This document shows positions 63,742-64,000 of a stretch of 64,000 nt of DNA, in pieces (positions within the stretch are counted from its first letter, which is position 1; every line of letters begins with the position of its first letter). Origin of the DNA: Felis catus (taxonomy: Eukaryota); contig NC_058368.1 in the NCBI RefSeq assembly GCF_018350175.1, forward strand, positions 104,038,001 through 104,102,000, given 5' to 3'. A program made the position numbers and the translations under genes. The notes under the pieces were generated by a model that was not told the DNA's origin, searched no databases, and worked only from the letters and a program-made list of their open reading frames with translations.

Positions 63742-64000
63742 CTAGAGGGGAAAAAAATATGAACAAATTACAAAAAGAGTAGTACACACATAATATAGAC
63801 TATTTTATGCCATTAAGAAAATTTAGCCTATCTGTATATATTATAAGGTGAGATGTCCAAGATACAAGTTGGTGAGGAAAAACAAAATTAGGACAAAGTT
63901 AGTATAGAGCCAGTGTTAGGGGAAAAAAAAAAAGAGGGAGAGAAACACATCTAGGAAAACACCTATCAAACATGTTATTCATAGTCTTCAGGGCACAAGA

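Noticed and set aside
1..64000. CRISPR array, operon-like system or foreign (prokaryotic or non-retroviral viral) insert
   Set aside because: No repeat-spacer arrays or long unexplained intact ORFs; the sequence is consistent with spliced host genes, mammalian repeats and retrocopies

Overview
Mammalian (carnivore, most likely felid) genomic DNA, judged from dense tRNA-derived CanSINE/SINEC_Fc-type SINEs and carnivore L1s. The window holds the last eight coding exons of GRAMD2B (GRAMD3) on the + strand (1143-13585; 238 codons plus stop, all GT-AG, phases consistent) with its 3' UTR. At the far end, on the - strand and converging on it, is the last coding exon of ALDH7A1 (63687-63741). This matches the GRAMD2B/ALDH7A1 order I recall from human and mouse. 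A decayed FAU processed pseudogene lies in a GRAMD2B intron. The ~50 kb between the two genes is mostly repeats: a ~13 kb nest of same-strand L1s (one apparently full length but decayed), five ERV1-like solo LTRs, an MLT2 LTR, MIR and L2 relics, many SINEs and a tailless 5S rRNA retrocopy. Nearly all ORFs in the supplied track are repeat-derived or spurious. I found no convincing new multi-gene system. The best leads are: (1) an orphan CpG-rich island at ~33.1-34.45 kb with a TATA box, a strong CTCF motif and an unidentified decayed coding-like sequence ending in an A-run; (2) a ~310 bp GAA/GGA expansion that TSDs place inside a SINE tail; (3) a three-copy inverted/direct repeat in a (TA)n tract; (4) two hairpins downstream of ALDH7A1. 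Repeat family names and gene identities come from recalled sequences, not searches, and repeat boundaries are approximate.
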